Assembly: GCA_007135805.1 (NCBI GenBank)
Contig: SLID01000045.1
Coordinates: 1 to 44,907 of the forward strand
Direction of reading: 5' to 3'
Length of the DNA stretch: 44,907 nucleotides
Source: Candidatus Omnitrophota bacterium
Lineage (GTDB): Bacteria > Omnitrophota > Gorgyraeia > Tantalellales > Tantalellaceae
A program made the position numbers and the translations under genes. Below are positions 26,508 through 38,037 of this stretch, piece after piece. Positions within the stretch are counted from its first letter, which is position 1. Every line of letters starts with the position of its first letter. Under the pieces are notes generated by a model. The model had not been told where the DNA came from. It did no database searches and worked only from the letters and a program-made list of their open reading frames with translations.

Positions 26508-28295
26508 ATGGAAAAATCAAAGGGAACACCGCGCAGGAAAAAGCAAAAGAAACTTAAGGGGATACCCGCTGCTCCGGGAATAGTTATGGGCCGAGCTTAT
26601 GTTTTCGGCACCGAGACGGTCTCGCCTCCGGAGATCCCCGTAAACGCTCACGAAATGGCCGGTGAGATCGAAAAATTTGAAGATGCCATAACTAAAACAC
26701 GCAAAGAGCTGCTTGCGATAGAGAAAAAGATATCAAAAGAAATGGGAGTGGAACATGGCAGGATATTCAACGCGCATCTCATGGTCCTTGAGGACAAGGT
26801 GCTTCACGGACAGGTAATATCCCGGATGAAAAAACGCAAAAGGAACATTTCTTTTGTGTTCGCGGAAGTCCTGAATAGTTACATAGCGGCGCTTTCCTCC
26901 GCCAAAGACGAATATCTCCGGGACCGGAGCGGAGATATAGCGGATGTCGGGAAACGCATCTTGAAAAATCTTGTGGGCGCGCAGGAAAGAAGCATGGAGA
27001 ATCTCGGCGAAAAATCCATAATCATTGCTTACGACCTTTCTCCTTCGGATACCGCCATGATGCACAAGGGGCGGGTTCTGGGGTTTGCCACCGATATCGG
27101 CGGAAGGACTTCTCATACCGCGATAATGGCCAAGTCATTGGAAATACCGGCTGTTGTGGGCTTGGAAAACGTAACGGATATGGTATCGAACGGCGATTTC
27201 GTGATACTTGACGGCATACACGGGATGGTGCTGGTTAACCCCTCGCGCCAATTAATAGACAAGTACCAGGAAGAAAAAGAGAAGTACGAAAGCATTGAAA
27301 GGGACCTGGGAGAGTTAAGGCTTCTTGCCGGGGAAACGCTGGACGGGAAGAAGGTGGGTGTAGCGGGCAACATAGAGCTCCCGGAGGACGTGGCAAGTGT
27401 ATTGTCCCATGGGGCGCAGGGGATAGGTCTTTACAGGACCGAATATTTTTATATGAATCGCGCTGATCTTCCCAGTGAGGAGGAACAGTTCAACGCGTAC
27501 AAGTCGGTAGTGAAACGTATGTATCCGAACCCGGTAGTTATTCGCACGCTGGACCTTGGGGGGGACAAGTTCCTGTCCCAGCTTGATGTGCCCCGTGAGA
27601 TGAACCCGTTCATGGGATGGAGGGCCATACGTTTCTGTCTGGCAAGGCCTGATATTTTCAGGTCCCAGCTCAGGGCGATGCTGAGGGCTTCCGTGCATGG
27701 CAAGATAAAGATCATGTATCCCATGATCTCCGGATTGTCGGAATTGCGAGAGGCTAATAAATTCCTTGGAGAGGTCAAAAAAGAGTTACGTAAAGAAAAG
27801 GTGCCTTTCGATGAGAATATTCCTGTTGGGGCTATGATCGAAGTGCCCGCGGCCGCTGTAATGAGCGATATCCTGGCAAAAGAGGCGGATTTCTTCAGCA
27901 TAGGCACCAATGACCTCATACAGTACTCCCTGGCCGTTGACAGGGTAAATGAGAAGATAGCGTACCTGTATGAGCCGGCTCATCCCGGGGTGCTGAAGCT
28001 CATAAAGATGGTCATAGACAGCGGCCACCGTGAAGGCATCCCTGTGTCTTTATGCGGTGAGATGGCAGGGGACATATCACTTACCATGGTTCTTTTGGGG
28101 CTTGGGCTGGATGAGTTCAGCACTTCTCCGATAGCGGTCCCTGAAATAAAAAAAGTTGTCAGGTCCATCAAGTTCTCGGATGCCCGAAAAGTCGCCGAGA
28201 AGGTCCTCGCTTTCAATACGGGGGAAGAGGTGAGGAATTTTGCCCGGGAAAAACTGTATGAGTTCATTCCGGATCTTGCTCTTGAACTCTTATAG
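26508..28295 (+). CDS. ptsI: PTS enzyme I
   Basis: GGRTSHTAI, GLYRTE, RTLDLGGDK, SIGTNDLIQY, CGEMAG. Confidence 0.96.
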   Translation: MEKSKGTPRRKKQKKLKGIPAAPGIVMGRAYVFGTETVSPPEIPVNAHEMAGEIEKFEDAITKTRKELLAIEKKISKEMGVEHGRIFNAHLMVLEDKVLHGQVISRMKKRKRNISFVFAEVLNSYIAALSSAKDEYLRDRSGDIADVGKRILKNLVGAQERSMENLGEKSIIIAYDLSPSDTAMMHKGRVLGFATDIGGRTSHTAIMAKSLEIPAVVGLENVTDMVSNGDFVILDGIHGMVLVNPSRQLIDKYQEEKEKYESIERDLGELRLLAGETLDGKKVGVAGNIELPEDVASVLSHGAQGIGLYRTEYFYMNRADLPSEEEQFNAYKSVVKRMYPNPVVIRTLDLGGDKFLSQLDVPREMNPFMGWRAIRFCLARPDIFRSQLRAMLRASVHGKIKIMYPMISGLSELREANKFLGEVKKELRKEKVPFDENIPVGAMIEVPAAAVMSDILAKEADFFSIGTNDLIQYSLAVDRVNEKIAYLYEPAHPGVLKLIKMVIDSGHREGIPVSLCGEMAGDISLTMVLLGLGLDEFSTSPIAVPEIKKVVRSIKFSDARKVAEKVLAFNTGEEVRNFAREKLYEFIPDLALELL

Positions 28296-28345
28296 CCGGA
28301 ACGGATAAGGTTGTTTTAAGGACAAACACAAGGGAAAGGATACTT

Positions 28346-29107
28346 ATGAAAGCTTTGATACTGGCCGCGGGATACGGGACTCGTCTGTATCCGCTTACGC
28401 TTGACAGGCCTAAACCGCTTGTAAAGGTGGGCGGGAAGACAATACTCGAAAGGTTGCTTAGAAAGATCGAGAAAATAGATTTCTGTGACGAAGTCTATAT
28501 TGTCACGAATGACAAGTTTTTCGACAGGATAGACAAATGGATAAAGGGTAAAAGTTTTAACGTGCCGATAAGCGTGGTCAACGATTTTACTACCTCCAAC
28601 GACGACAGGCTTGGGGCGATAGGGGATATTGACCTTGTCATCGGCGATAAGGATCCCGATGATGACATACTTATCGTGGCCGGCGACAATCTTTTCGAGT
28701 TCAGCATACTTGATTTTGTCACCAAGATCAGGGAAGCCGACAGGTTCGGTGTCGCGCTCTACGATGTCAAGGATATCAAACTGGCGCAGAGATACGGCAT
28801 TGTATCACTCGACGGCGAAAGTTTTATAAAAGGGTTCCAGGAAAAACCCTCGTCTCCCGCGAGCACATTGGCTTCGACCGGGATCTATTATTTTCCCAGG
28901 ACCAAACTTGCCATGCTGTCCGAATACATGGAGACTTCAATGGCGAAGGACGCGCCCGGGAATTTTGTTAAATGGCTTTCGGAAAAAGAAAAGGTGTACG
29001 GCTATGTGTTCGACGAAGGGTGGTATGACATAGGGGACAAGGTCTCTCTGGAGAAAGCGGACATAGAGTACAGGGAAAAAGAGCTGGACGATATACAGAA
29101 GAGTTAA
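28346..29107 (+). CDS. Sugar-phosphate nucleotidyltransferase family protein
   Basis: [15 protein letters not shown]...PKPL, GDNLF, FQEKP, WYDIG. Confidence 0.88.
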   Translation: MKALILAAGYGTRLYPLTLDRPKPLVKVGGKTILERLLRKIEKIDFCDEVYIVTNDKFFDRIDKWIKGKSFNVPISVVNDFTTSNDDRLGAIGDIDLVIGDKDPDDDILIVAGDNLFEFSILDFVTKIREADRFGVALYDVKDIKLAQRYGIVSLDGESFIKGFQEKPSSPASTLASTGIYYFPRTKLAMLSEYMETSMAKDAPGNFVKWLSEKEKVYGYVFDEGWYDIGDKVSLEKADIEYREKELDDIQKS

Positions 29108-29115
29108 GGAGGAAG

Positions 29116-30258
29116 ATGAAGGAAAAATACCTGTTCACGTCAGAGAGCGTCACCGAAGGGCATCCAGATAAGGTTTGTGACCAGATCTCTGACGCTATAC
29201 TGGACGAGATATATAAAGAAGACCCTTCCGGAAGAGTAGCCTGTGAAACTATGGTGACCACTGGTCTCGCGATGGTCGCGGGGGAAATAACCACATCATG
29301 TTATGTGGACATACCCAAAGTCATACGAAATACGATAAAGGAAATAGGGTACACGAGCGCTGAGTACGGGTTTGACTACCTTACTTGCGGGGTCGTTACT
29401 TCCATACAGGGGCAGTCCCCTGATATCGCCATGGGTGTGGATCCCGGCGGGGCGGGGGACCAGGGGATGATGTTCGGTTACGCGTGCAATGAGACCCGCG
29501 AGCTTATGCCTCTACCCATAATACTCGCGCATAAACTTAGCCGTCGGCTCGCCCGGATAAGAAAAGAAGAAAGAGTGGATTATCTGCGTCCGGATGGTAA
29601 GAGTCAGGTAACTGTTGAGTATGAAGGGACAAGGCCCGTGAGAGTAGAGGCGGTCGTGGTGAGCGCCCATCATAGCCCCAGGGTCAAACTTAACGACCTG
29701 ACGGATGACATAAAGGAACTTGTAATAAAAGAGATAATACCTCCCGAGCTCATGGACAACAACACCCGTATATTTGTAAATCCCACTGGAAGGTTCGAGA
29801 TAGGCGGGCCGCACGGGGATACCGGGGTTACGGGAAGAAAAATAATAGTGGATACTTACGGGGGAGTGGGAAGCCACGGCGGAGGGTGTTTCAGCGGTAA
29901 AGACCCGACCAAGGTCGACAGGTCCGCGTCCTACATGGCAAGATATGTGGCCAAAAATATAGTGGCCGCGGAGCTTGCCGAAGAATGTGAGGTCCAGTTT
30001 GCTTACGCGATAGGTGTTCCGGAACCTGTAAGCGTTATGATAAATACCTTTGGAACCGGAAAGGTCTCTGAAACGGACCTTTGCCGGCTTGTGCGAGAGA
30101 AATTCGATCTTACCCCTTCCGGGGTGATAGAAAAACTGAAATTGCGAAGGCCTATATACAGGAGAACGGCCGCGTACGGACATTTCGGCAGGGACGAGGA
30201 AGGTTTTACGTGGGAAGAGATAGATATGGCGGATGTCCTCAAAGGCGCCGCCAGTTAG
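29116..30258 (+). CDS. metK: S-adenosylmethionine synthetase
   Basis: [39 protein letters not shown]. Confidence 0.98.
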   Translation: MKEKYLFTSESVTEGHPDKVCDQISDAILDEIYKEDPSGRVACETMVTTGLAMVAGEITTSCYVDIPKVIRNTIKEIGYTSAEYGFDYLTCGVVTSIQGQSPDIAMGVDPGGAGDQGMMFGYACNETRELMPLPIILAHKLSRRLARIRKEERVDYLRPDGKSQVTVEYEGTRPVRVEAVVVSAHHSPRVKLNDLTDDIKELVIKEIIPPELMDNNTRIFVNPTGRFEIGGPHGDTGVTGRKIIVDTYGGVGSHGGGCFSGKDPTKVDRSASYMARYVAKNIVAAELAEECEVQFAYAIGVPEPVSVMINTFGTGKVSETDLCRLVREKFDLTPSGVIEKLKLRRPIYRRTAAYGHFGRDEEGFTWEEIDMADVLKGAAS

Positions 30259-30277
30259 TTGAAGGAGTATAGAGGCC

Positions 30278-31744
30278 ATGGAAGGAAAGAAGCAAACTTG
30301 TCCAGATACAAAAATCATGGAGAAAAAAGATATGGGACCTGACAGAGATTATAAGATAAGGGATCTGTCTCTCGCGGATTTCGGGAGAAAAGAGATCGAC
30401 ATAGCCGAAAAAGAAATGCCGGGACTCATGTCTATCCGGGAGAAGTATTCCTCGGGCAAGCCCCTTGATGGTGTCCGGATAATGGGGTCGCTTCACATGA
30501 CGGTCCAGACGGCGGTGCTTATTGAGACACTTATTGCGCTCGGCGCCGATGTCAGGTGGGCAAGTTGCAATATTTTCTCGACCCAGGACCATGCCGCCGC
30601 CGCCATGGTAAAGCAAGGAGTTCCGGTATTCGCCTGGAAAGGCGAAACCCTTGAGGAGTACTGGTGGTGCACGGAAAAAGCGCTTACTTTTCCCGGGAAT
30701 AAGGGGCCCCAACTCGTGGTTGACGACGGTGGGGACGCGACCATGATGCTGCACCTGGGCTTGGCCGCTGAAAAGAATAGGGCTGTGCTTGAAAGGAAAT
30801 TTTCGGGTGAGGACGAAAAAGAGCTTTTGAAAGTTCTTGGAAGCTCAATAAGCGCCGAGCCCGGTAAGTGGTCCGCGCTTACATCTGAATGGCGGGGCGT
30901 TTCAGAAGAAACTACGACAGGAGTGAACCGGCTTTACCGCATGATGAAGGATAAAGAGCTAATGGTCCCGGCGATAAACGTAAATGACGCGGTGACGAAA
31001 TCCAAGTTTGATAACCTATACGGATGCCGTGAATCACTGGCGGATGGCCTTAAAAGGGCCATGGATGTTATGATAGCGGGCAAGGTTGCCGTAGTCTGCG
31101 GTTTTGGTGACGTGGGTAAAGGATCAGCAAGGTCTTTGAGGGGGTTTGGAGCCCGTGTGATCATTACCGAGATAGATCCCATTTGCGCTTTGCAGGCCGC
31201 CATGGAAGGTTATGAGGTTACTACCGTTGAGAAAACCCTTGGAAACGCGGATATATATGTCACGGCCACCGGGAACAAGGACGTTATTACCATCGATCAT
31301 ATGAAAAAAATGAAAGACCAGGCGATAGTCTGTAACATAGGCCATTTTGATAATGAGATACAGGTATCGAGTCTTGAGGAATATCCCGGGGTCCAAAAGA
31401 CTAATATAAAACCGCAGGTGGATAAATACTTATTTCCCGATGGCAGAGCTATTTTTCTTCTGGCGGAGGGGCGCCTTGTCAACCTTGGTTGCGCCACCGG
31501 GCATCCGTCTTTCGTGATGTCAAATTCTTTTACTAATCAGGCTCTTGCCCAGATAGAACTTTGGCGTAACAGGGACGCGTACGAGAATAAAGTGTATGTC
31601 CTGCCGAAAAATCTTGACGAGGAAGTGGCATATCTTCATCTCGAGAAAATAGGGGTAAAATTGACAAAGATGACCCCGGAGCAGGCAGAATATATAGGGG
31701 TGCCTTTAGACGGGCCCTATAAACCCGAACATTACAGGTATTGA
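30278..31744 (+). CDS. ahcY: Adenosylhomocysteinase
   Basis: [34 protein letters not shown]-terminal HYRY. Confidence 0.98.
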   Translation: MEGKKQTCPDTKIMEKKDMGPDRDYKIRDLSLADFGRKEIDIAEKEMPGLMSIREKYSSGKPLDGVRIMGSLHMTVQTAVLIETLIALGADVRWASCNIFSTQDHAAAAMVKQGVPVFAWKGETLEEYWWCTEKALTFPGNKGPQLVVDDGGDATMMLHLGLAAEKNRAVLERKFSGEDEKELLKVLGSSISAEPGKWSALTSEWRGVSEETTTGVNRLYRMMKDKELMVPAINVNDAVTKSKFDNLYGCRESLADGLKRAMDVMIAGKVAVVCGFGDVGKGSARSLRGFGARVIITEIDPICALQAAMEGYEVTTVEKTLGNADIYVTATGNKDVITIDHMKKMKDQAIVCNIGHFDNEIQVSSLEEYPGVQKTNIKPQVDKYLFPDGRAIFLLAEGRLVNLGCATGHPSFVMSNSFTNQALAQIELWRNRDAYENKVYVLPKNLDEEVAYLHLEKIGVKLTKMTPEQAEYIGVPLDGPYKPEHYRY

Positions 31745-31779
31745 TGGGTGAGCTTTTATGACAAGTGTGGGAGGTTAGA

Positions 31780-32763
31780 ATGGGTGTTGACATCAGGAGA
31801 ATAGGGGTATTGACTTCAGGGGGAGATGCCCCGGGGATGAATGCCGCTATAAGGAGCGTTGTCAGGACCGCGGTTTACAAGGGGCTCGAGGTCAGAGGGA
31901 TAATGCGTGGCTACGAGGGTTTGATAGCGGGAGAGATATTCGAGCTTTCTTCGCGCAGTGTAAGCAACATACTTGGCCGCGGCGGGACCATTCTCAAAAC
32001 GGCTCGGTCCCGGGAATTCCTCACGGAAGCCGGCCAGATGAAGGCGGTTAAAGTAATACGTGACAACGGTATTGACGCCCTGGTCATTATAGGCGGGAAC
32101 GGCTCGTTGCAGGGAGCCATGGCCCTCGAAAGGGTAGGAGACGTTAGGACCATAGGTGTTCCGGGGACCATAGACAACGATCTTGGCGGCACCGATTACA
32201 CCATAGGTTGTAACACGTCGGTAGACACGGTACTTGACGCCATAGATAAGATACGTGATACCGTTACGAGTATGGAACGCGTATACGTGGTCGAGGTCAT
32301 GGGGCGAGAAGAACCGTACATCGCTGTGAGGGCGGGCCTTGCGGGGGGAACGGAGGAAGTCCTTTACCCGGGCAATACAATGGATCTTAAGACTGTGGCT
32401 TCAGACATAAAAAAAGCCAAGACGAAGGGTAAAAGAAGCTGGATAATAATTGTCGCCGAGGGCTACGGGAGCGCGGTGGCCATATCGCGTGAAATAGAGA
32501 GTCTTACCGGTTATGAAGTAAGGCCGGTCACGCTGGGACATATACAGAGGGGAGGTTCTCCCACGGCCCCCGACCGCATACTTGCCTCGGTGATGGGCGC
32601 TTATGCCGTAGAATCCATTGTGTCTGGGAAAACGGGTAAAATGGTCGCGATAAAGGGGCATGGGCTGGATCTTGTAGATTACAAAGAGGCCTGTTTCGAG
32701 CGCGAAAAAGATAAAAAGCTCAACAGTGACCTCTACTCCACAACCAAACTTCTGGCCTCTTAG
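31780..32763 (+). CDS. pfkA: ATP-dependent 6-phosphofructokinase
   Basis: TSGGDAPGMN, GGNGS, PGTIDND, EVMGR, LGHIQRGG. Confidence 0.95.
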   Translation: MGVDIRRIGVLTSGGDAPGMNAAIRSVVRTAVYKGLEVRGIMRGYEGLIAGEIFELSSRSVSNILGRGGTILKTARSREFLTEAGQMKAVKVIRDNGIDALVIIGGNGSLQGAMALERVGDVRTIGVPGTIDNDLGGTDYTIGCNTSVDTVLDAIDKIRDTVTSMERVYVVEVMGREEPYIAVRAGLAGGTEEVLYPGNTMDLKTVASDIKKAKTKGKRSWIIIVAEGYGSAVAISREIESLTGYEVRPVTLGHIQRGGSPTAPDRILASVMGAYAVESIVSGKTGKMVAIKGHGLDLVDYKEACFEREKDKKLNSDLYSTTKLLAS

Positions 32764-32817
32764 AGGGATTTGCCCCGCAAAAGTTTTGTTAACTTGTCTC
32801 AAGACAAAAACAACAGT

Positions 32818-33909
32818 ATGAGAATAATAACCGGATATACACTTAAGGAAATGGGCGGACCTTTCATGGGCTCGCTGTTCGTCATGACCATTATACTGGC
32901 GGCCGGGAACATAGTGCAGATGGCCGATATGATAATGAACAGGGGAGTGGATGTCTTTCAGGTCATGCGCGTATTTATGTACTTTATGCCGTATGTCCTT
33001 ATTTTCACTATTCCTATATCGGTTCTGGCGGCGGTACTTCTGGGGTTTGGGCGGTTATCCAGCGACAACGAGCTTACCGCTCTCAGGACCAGCGGTATCG
33101 GCCTGCATAAAATAATTTTACCAGTGATCGTGTGCGGTTTTATCGTAAGTCTTGTAAATGTGCCTTTGAATGACCGTATACTGCCCGAATCGGAGTTTGC
33201 CGCCCGAAAACTCATACAGGAAATAGGCATGCAGAATCCCACGGCTCTCATAGAACCGGGGGTTTTTGTGAAAGGGTTTCAGGATTATATAGTGTTTGTC
33301 CATAACAAGAAGGGTGATATTCTTGAGGATGTAAGAATATATCAGCCCCGGACGGGGAAGCCCACAAGGACTATAGTCGCTAGAACGGGCAGAATATATC
33401 CCCTCGCCGACGGTACGGGTGTTCGTCTTGAGCTGATGGATGGGTCCGCGGATGAGATCTCGCCCGAAAACCCAGACGAGTTCTACAAGATATCTTTTAA
33501 GAATTATCAAATGACACTCAATCTGGACAGGATAGTTGATGTGGACAGTATACAGAAAAAGGCCCGGGAAAAAACCATGAGCGAACTCACGCGGGAGATA
33601 GAGGAGCTGGGGGACTCCCCTCGGACTATACCGCTCCGCGTGGAGTTTCACAAGAAACTGGCGTTATCTTTCTCGAATTTTGTTTTTGTGCTTTTGGGGA
33701 TTCCTCTTGCCATTACTACTCATCGCAGGGAAAAGTTCATTGGCCTGGCCATGGCGGGAGTTCTTTTTTTAGTTTATTGGGGCGTAATGCTGGGCGGTAT
33801 AGCATTCGCGGTGAAAGGTATTCTTCCTCCCTGGTTGGGGGTCTGGCTGGCTAATATTTCGCTTACTTTGCTCAGTGTTGTGATGTTCCGCGGAGTGTTA
33901 CAAAGGTAA
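32818..33909 (+). CDS. lptF: LPS export permease LptF
   Basis: GRLSSDNELTALRTSG motif, 3+3 TM layout with periplasmic domain. Confidence 0.85.
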   Translation: MRIITGYTLKEMGGPFMGSLFVMTIILAAGNIVQMADMIMNRGVDVFQVMRVFMYFMPYVLIFTIPISVLAAVLLGFGRLSSDNELTALRTSGIGLHKIILPVIVCGFIVSLVNVPLNDRILPESEFAARKLIQEIGMQNPTALIEPGVFVKGFQDYIVFVHNKKGDILEDVRIYQPRTGKPTRTIVARTGRIYPLADGTGVRLELMDGSADEISPENPDEFYKISFKNYQMTLNLDRIVDVDSIQKKAREKTMSELTREIEELGDSPRTIPLRVEFHKKLALSFSNFVFVLLGIPLAITTHRREKFIGLAMAGVLFLVYWGVMLGGIAFAVKGILPPWLGVWLANISLTLLSVVMFRGVLQR

Positions 33910-33912
33910 AAT

Positions 33913-35019
33913 ATGCAGATACTGGAAAAACACGTTCTTAAAAGTTACCTGGCGAGTTTTGTTTTCTGCATTACCATGCTTATAGTCGTGGGGGTGATCG
34001 GGGATATTTTCAGTATTATCGAGGATATCTTTAAGCACAATATATCTTTGGGCAGCATCTTCGGATTTTATTTTTATCTGGGGCCTTTCGCTTTTGTGAA
34101 CATGTTGCCTTTCGCCTGCCTCCTGGCGGCGGTATATGTTTTTAATTCACTGAGCAAACATCATGAGATAACCGCTGTTATTGCCAGTGGTATAAGCTTG
34201 TGGAAGTTGCTGAAACCAGTAATGGCGGCGACATTCATACTTTGCGTTATAACTTTCATAGTCAGCGACAAAATAGTGCCCCCCACGCTCGAAAAAGCTA
34301 ATACCATAAAACGTGACGAACTGGAGGCCTACAAGGTCTACGATACCGAAGGCCCCGCGATACGGGATCTGGCAGTGTACGCTGACGGCGGACAGATAAT
34401 ATTCGCCCAATATTTTTACACGGACAAAAATATCCTGAAAAACCTCATCATCGACAGACAGGATGACGACAATATAATAACGGAAAAGGTGAGTGCCCGC
34501 GAGGTGATGTGGGTCCCCGGAGGCAACAGTGGGGGGTACTGGGAAGGCACCGATGTTATGGTCTTTCAGCTGGAACCTTCAGGCGCTTTCAGGGGGGATC
34601 CGGCCGTCTTCAAAAAAAAGATCGTCAGGATATCCGAGACCCCCGAGGTTCTCAGGACGGCGAGGTCCGAGCCGGCCCTTATGAGCTACGCCCAGCTACA
34701 GGCTCATATCGGCCGGATGCATTCGGGTTTCAAGGATACTGTGAGACGTCTTGAGGTGGATCTTTATTACAAGCTGGCGTTCCCTTTCATGGCGATGGTG
34801 ACGGTCCTTATCGGGGTGCCTTTCAGTATCGAGACCGGAAGGGGTAACGCTTTGGTGGGTATAGCTAAAGGGATAGCGGCCGGTGTAGCTTACCTGCCTT
34901 TTGTGGCGGTGAGTTTGGCCCTGGGAAAGGGCGGATATATCAGGCCCGAGATAGCGCCATGGTTGGCCATGGCTATTTTTTGCCTGGCGGGGATATATTT
35001 GGTTAACAGGAAAAGTTGA
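33913..35019 (+). CDS. lptG: LPS export permease LptG
   Basis: LSKHHEITAVIASGIS, KLAFPF motifs; tandem with lptF. Confidence 0.85.
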   Translation: MQILEKHVLKSYLASFVFCITMLIVVGVIGDIFSIIEDIFKHNISLGSIFGFYFYLGPFAFVNMLPFACLLAAVYVFNSLSKHHEITAVIASGISLWKLLKPVMAATFILCVITFIVSDKIVPPTLEKANTIKRDELEAYKVYDTEGPAIRDLAVYADGGQIIFAQYFYTDKNILKNLIIDRQDDDNIITEKVSAREVMWVPGGNSGGYWEGTDVMVFQLEPSGAFRGDPAVFKKKIVRISETPEVLRTARSEPALMSYAQLQAHIGRMHSGFKDTVRRLEVDLYYKLAFPFMAMVTVLIGVPFSIETGRGNALVGIAKGIAAGVAYLPFVAVSLALGKGGYIRPEIAPWLAMAIFCLAGIYLVNRKS

Positions 35020-35068
35020 TCTTAATTTTCGGGGTTTTTGAAGCGCCGGCAAAAGGACGGGATATGCT

Positions 35069-36139
35069 ATGCTTGACGCGACAATGAAAAAAATAGACCT
35101 TTCTCTCCGGGAATTCGTGGACGCTTCGGGAAAAAGGATAGGCATAAAGAAAGCTTCCCCGGTCCTGCATTCCGGGATCCTGGAGTTTGTTACAAGACCC
35201 GGCAAAAGGATAAGGCCTGTACTTTTTACCATCAGCTACCGGGGATATTCCAAAGAAAGGTCACTCCCCGGGAAGGATCTGATAAGGTGTTCGCTGGCAT
35301 TTGAACTTCTTCACGATTTTCTCCTCGTCCATGATGATGTTATAGACAACTCATCTCTGAGGCGCGGGAAGCCCACTCTTCACGAGGTGTTTAACGGCAA
35401 AATGAAGGTAGCTCCCGGAAGCGCTATTGGATCAGATCTTGCGATAGTTGCCGGGGATATAATAGCCGCTATGGCTTTTGAGGCTCTGCTGTCGTTCAAG
35501 GCCCCAGCGGACCGTAAAGAAAAGGCGATGCTCGAGTTTACAAGGGCGATGTCTGTTACCGGTGTAGGCGAGTTCATCGACATAGTTAACAACCTTACAC
35601 GTATTGAAAAAGTCAAAGAGAACGATGTCCTGCTTACTTATATGTACAAGACCGCGAGGTACACTTTCGAGGCCCCTCTTGTAGTAGGGGCCATTCTCGC
35701 GGGCGCTGAGGATGCCGAAATAAAGAAACTGTCTCGTCTCGGGAAAGCCTTAGGACAGGCGTTCCAGCTTCAGGACGATATGTTGGATATATTTTCCTCC
35801 GCCAAAAAGACGGGTAAACCCGTGTTGTCGGACATAGCTGAATCCAAGAAAACACTTATGGCCTGGAAAACCTATCAGACGCTGAAAGGCCGGGACAAAA
35901 AGAGAGCCGCCGCTATACTCGCTAAGGACGCTAAAACAGTTTCCGATATGGAAGATTTCCGTGATCTTATAACGTCCTCCGGAGCGGCAAGCTACTGCCG
36001 CGGGCTGGCCGATTCTCTCCTTGCCACTTCCGGGGAACTTATTCCGCGGCTTAAGATGTCCCGGACTTCCAGAAAACACCTTACGGATTTTGTGGAAATG
36101 TCATTCGCTAAGATGGGCAGCTTGAGTGGCGGGATATGA
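35069..36139 (+). CDS. Polyprenyl diphosphate synthase
   Basis: GKRIRP, LVHDDVID (FARM), RRGKP, KTA, FQLQDDMLD (SARM). Confidence 0.92.
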   Translation: MLDATMKKIDLSLREFVDASGKRIGIKKASPVLHSGILEFVTRPGKRIRPVLFTISYRGYSKERSLPGKDLIRCSLAFELLHDFLLVHDDVIDNSSLRRGKPTLHEVFNGKMKVAPGSAIGSDLAIVAGDIIAAMAFEALLSFKAPADRKEKAMLEFTRAMSVTGVGEFIDIVNNLTRIEKVKENDVLLTYMYKTARYTFEAPLVVGAILAGAEDAEIKKLSRLGKALGQAFQLQDDMLDIFSSAKKTGKPVLSDIAESKKTLMAWKTYQTLKGRDKKRAAAILAKDAKTVSDMEDFRDLITSSGAASYCRGLADSLLATSGELIPRLKMSRTSRKHLTDFVEMSFAKMGSLSGGI

Positions 36140-36216
36140 CCGCGCGCCGTGAGGGCAAAGTGTTATTCTGAGAATTTCTTAATAAGAGGACTGTCTTAAA
36201 GCCGTGTTTTTTCACC

Positions 36217-37677
36217 TTGCCTGAGATGAGAGATTTTTTTCCTTCTTTAAAAGAAAGACCCGTTATAGAAAAAATATCCTGTGCGCTTACCCCGGAGCAA
36301 GTTTTTTCCTTTTTCGCCGGATACGACCGGTCTGCTTTTCTTAATAGTTCAATGCAAACGGATACCTCAAGGTATAGCTTTATTGGGATAGATCCCTTCT
36401 TTTCCGTTAAGGCGAAAGGCGCTCTGGCAGAGATAAGATTTTCCGGCCATAAGATCAAAGTTTTCGGTAACCCCCTCAAAATACTTAAGTCCGCCTCAAA
36501 TGCTTATCGTGTTGTGAACGATACTCCATTTCCTTTTGTCGCCGGAGGGGCGGGATACTTTTCCTACGAAGCCAAAAACCTCATGGAAAAACTTCCGGAA
36601 CCATCCCTGGACGATATGGGAATGCCAGATATTTTCTTTAGTTTTTACCGGGCGATACTCATATTTGACAGAAAAACCCCCGGGGAATTTTATATAAGCG
36701 CGCTTGACATCGCCTCTGGAAGTGATGTTCCGGCGAGAGAGGTGATATCCCGTGTAAAACAGACTGTCAAAAAAAGCCTGCCCGATGATGTTTGTTTTTC
36801 AACGGGAAAACGGCCGTATGGTCAAAAAAGCTTGGACAATAAAGGTATCTTACACTCTAATTTTACTCGTGAGGGATACACAAGTGCCGTTGAACGGGTT
36901 CTTGAGCATATAAGGGAAGGGGACATATACCAGGCATGTCTTTCACAGAGGTTCAACACTTTGTGGCAGGACAGCGCGTACCGGCTTTACGCGGAACTTG
37001 ACCGCATAAATCCTTCTCCTTTTGGCGCTTATTTGAATGTCGAGGATTTCACAGTGATATCGTCTTCTCCTGAACTTTTTCTGCGCCGTCGGGGCGACAC
37101 TGTCGAGACCAGGCCGATGAAAGGGACAAGGCCCCGCGGCGTTTCTCCGGAAGAGGACGAGAGTAACCGGCGAGACCTTGATAGAAGCGGTAAGGACATC
37201 TCGGAACTTTTAATGATAGTCGATCTTGAAAGGAACGATATGGGTAAACTGGCTCTTCCTGGAACTATAAAAGTAGCCGAACAGAGGCGTATCGAAACTT
37301 ATCCAACGGTCTTTCAGGCTATATCTGTTATAACGGGAAAAGTCCGGGATGATACTGATAATATGGATATCCTGGAAGCGTCCTTCCCGGGAGGGTCCAT
37401 AACTGGTTGTCCAAAGATCAGAGCCATGGAAATAATAAACGATATAGAAGGCTGCGCTCGCGGGGTATATACCGGTTCGATAGGCTATTTAAGTTTTCAT
37501 GGGACCATGGACATGAATATAGCTATACGGACCATGATACTTAAGGGTAACGACCTGTATTTTTACGCAGGCGGGGGAATAGTTGCCGAGTCCGACCCGG
37601 GGGCTGAATATGAAGAGACGCTTGTCAAAGCCCGCGCTTTAATGGACGCCGTGGGAATAGAGGGACAAAAACCCTGA
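36217..37677 (+). CDS. pabB: Aminodeoxychorismate synthase component I (chorismate-binding family)
   Basis: GDIYQ, SSSPELFL, TRPMKGTRPRG, MIVDLERND, FPGGSITGCPK; start uncertain (36217 or 36226). Confidence 0.85.
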   Translation: MPEMRDFFPSLKERPVIEKISCALTPEQVFSFFAGYDRSAFLNSSMQTDTSRYSFIGIDPFFSVKAKGALAEIRFSGHKIKVFGNPLKILKSASNAYRVVNDTPFPFVAGGAGYFSYEAKNLMEKLPEPSLDDMGMPDIFFSFYRAILIFDRKTPGEFYISALDIASGSDVPAREVISRVKQTVKKSLPDDVCFSTGKRPYGQKSLDNKGILHSNFTREGYTSAVERVLEHIREGDIYQACLSQRFNTLWQDSAYRLYAELDRINPSPFGAYLNVEDFTVISSSPELFLRRRGDTVETRPMKGTRPRGVSPEEDESNRRDLDRSGKDISELLMIVDLERNDMGKLALPGTIKVAEQRRIETYPTVFQAISVITGKVRDDTDNMDILEASFPGGSITGCPKIRAMEIINDIEGCARGVYTGSIGYLSFHGTMDMNIAIRTMILKGNDLYFYAGGGIVAESDPGAEYEETLVKARALMDAVGIEGQKP

Positions 37678-37706
37678 TTGACGGCCCAGTTAGGGCGTGA
37701 TACAAT
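37678..37706 (+). promoter_or_regulatory. Sigma70 promoter of tRNA-Ser
   Basis: TTGACG-17 bp-TACAAT. Confidence 0.7.
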
Positions 37707-37817
37707 TTCACTTGTGCCGCTCCCGCATCAGGCGGGGATGAACACTGTTGTAAAATAGCTTGCGGGACTTGCCCTCTGAGAACATGAGCGGAGAACTCCC
37801 GAGCTGACGATAGAATC

Positions 37818-37905
<88 letters not shown>

Positions 37906-38026
37906 TTCTGCTTCCCCATTCAACGTGAGAACCTCAGGTATGGCTTCGCAGGAATTGTAGCAAGTTGAAAGCAGAATGTCTCTGCGAAGCCCTACCATTG
38001 TTTTTGTGTTGAAGGGCGAAGCAGGA
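37906..38026. repeat. ~120-nt imperfect long hairpin between tRNA-Ser and the GIY-YIG gene
   Basis: TTCTGCTTCCCCATTCAACG pairs with TGTTGAAGGGCGAAGCAGGA; GGTATGGCTTCGCAG pairs with CTGCGAAGCCCTACC. Confidence 0.75.
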
Positions 38027-38037
38027 CAATAACTGAT

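Noticed and set aside
29050-30290. Possible SAM/SAH riboswitch before metK or ahcY
   Set aside because: Intergenic gaps are under 20 nt; no aptamer sequence seen
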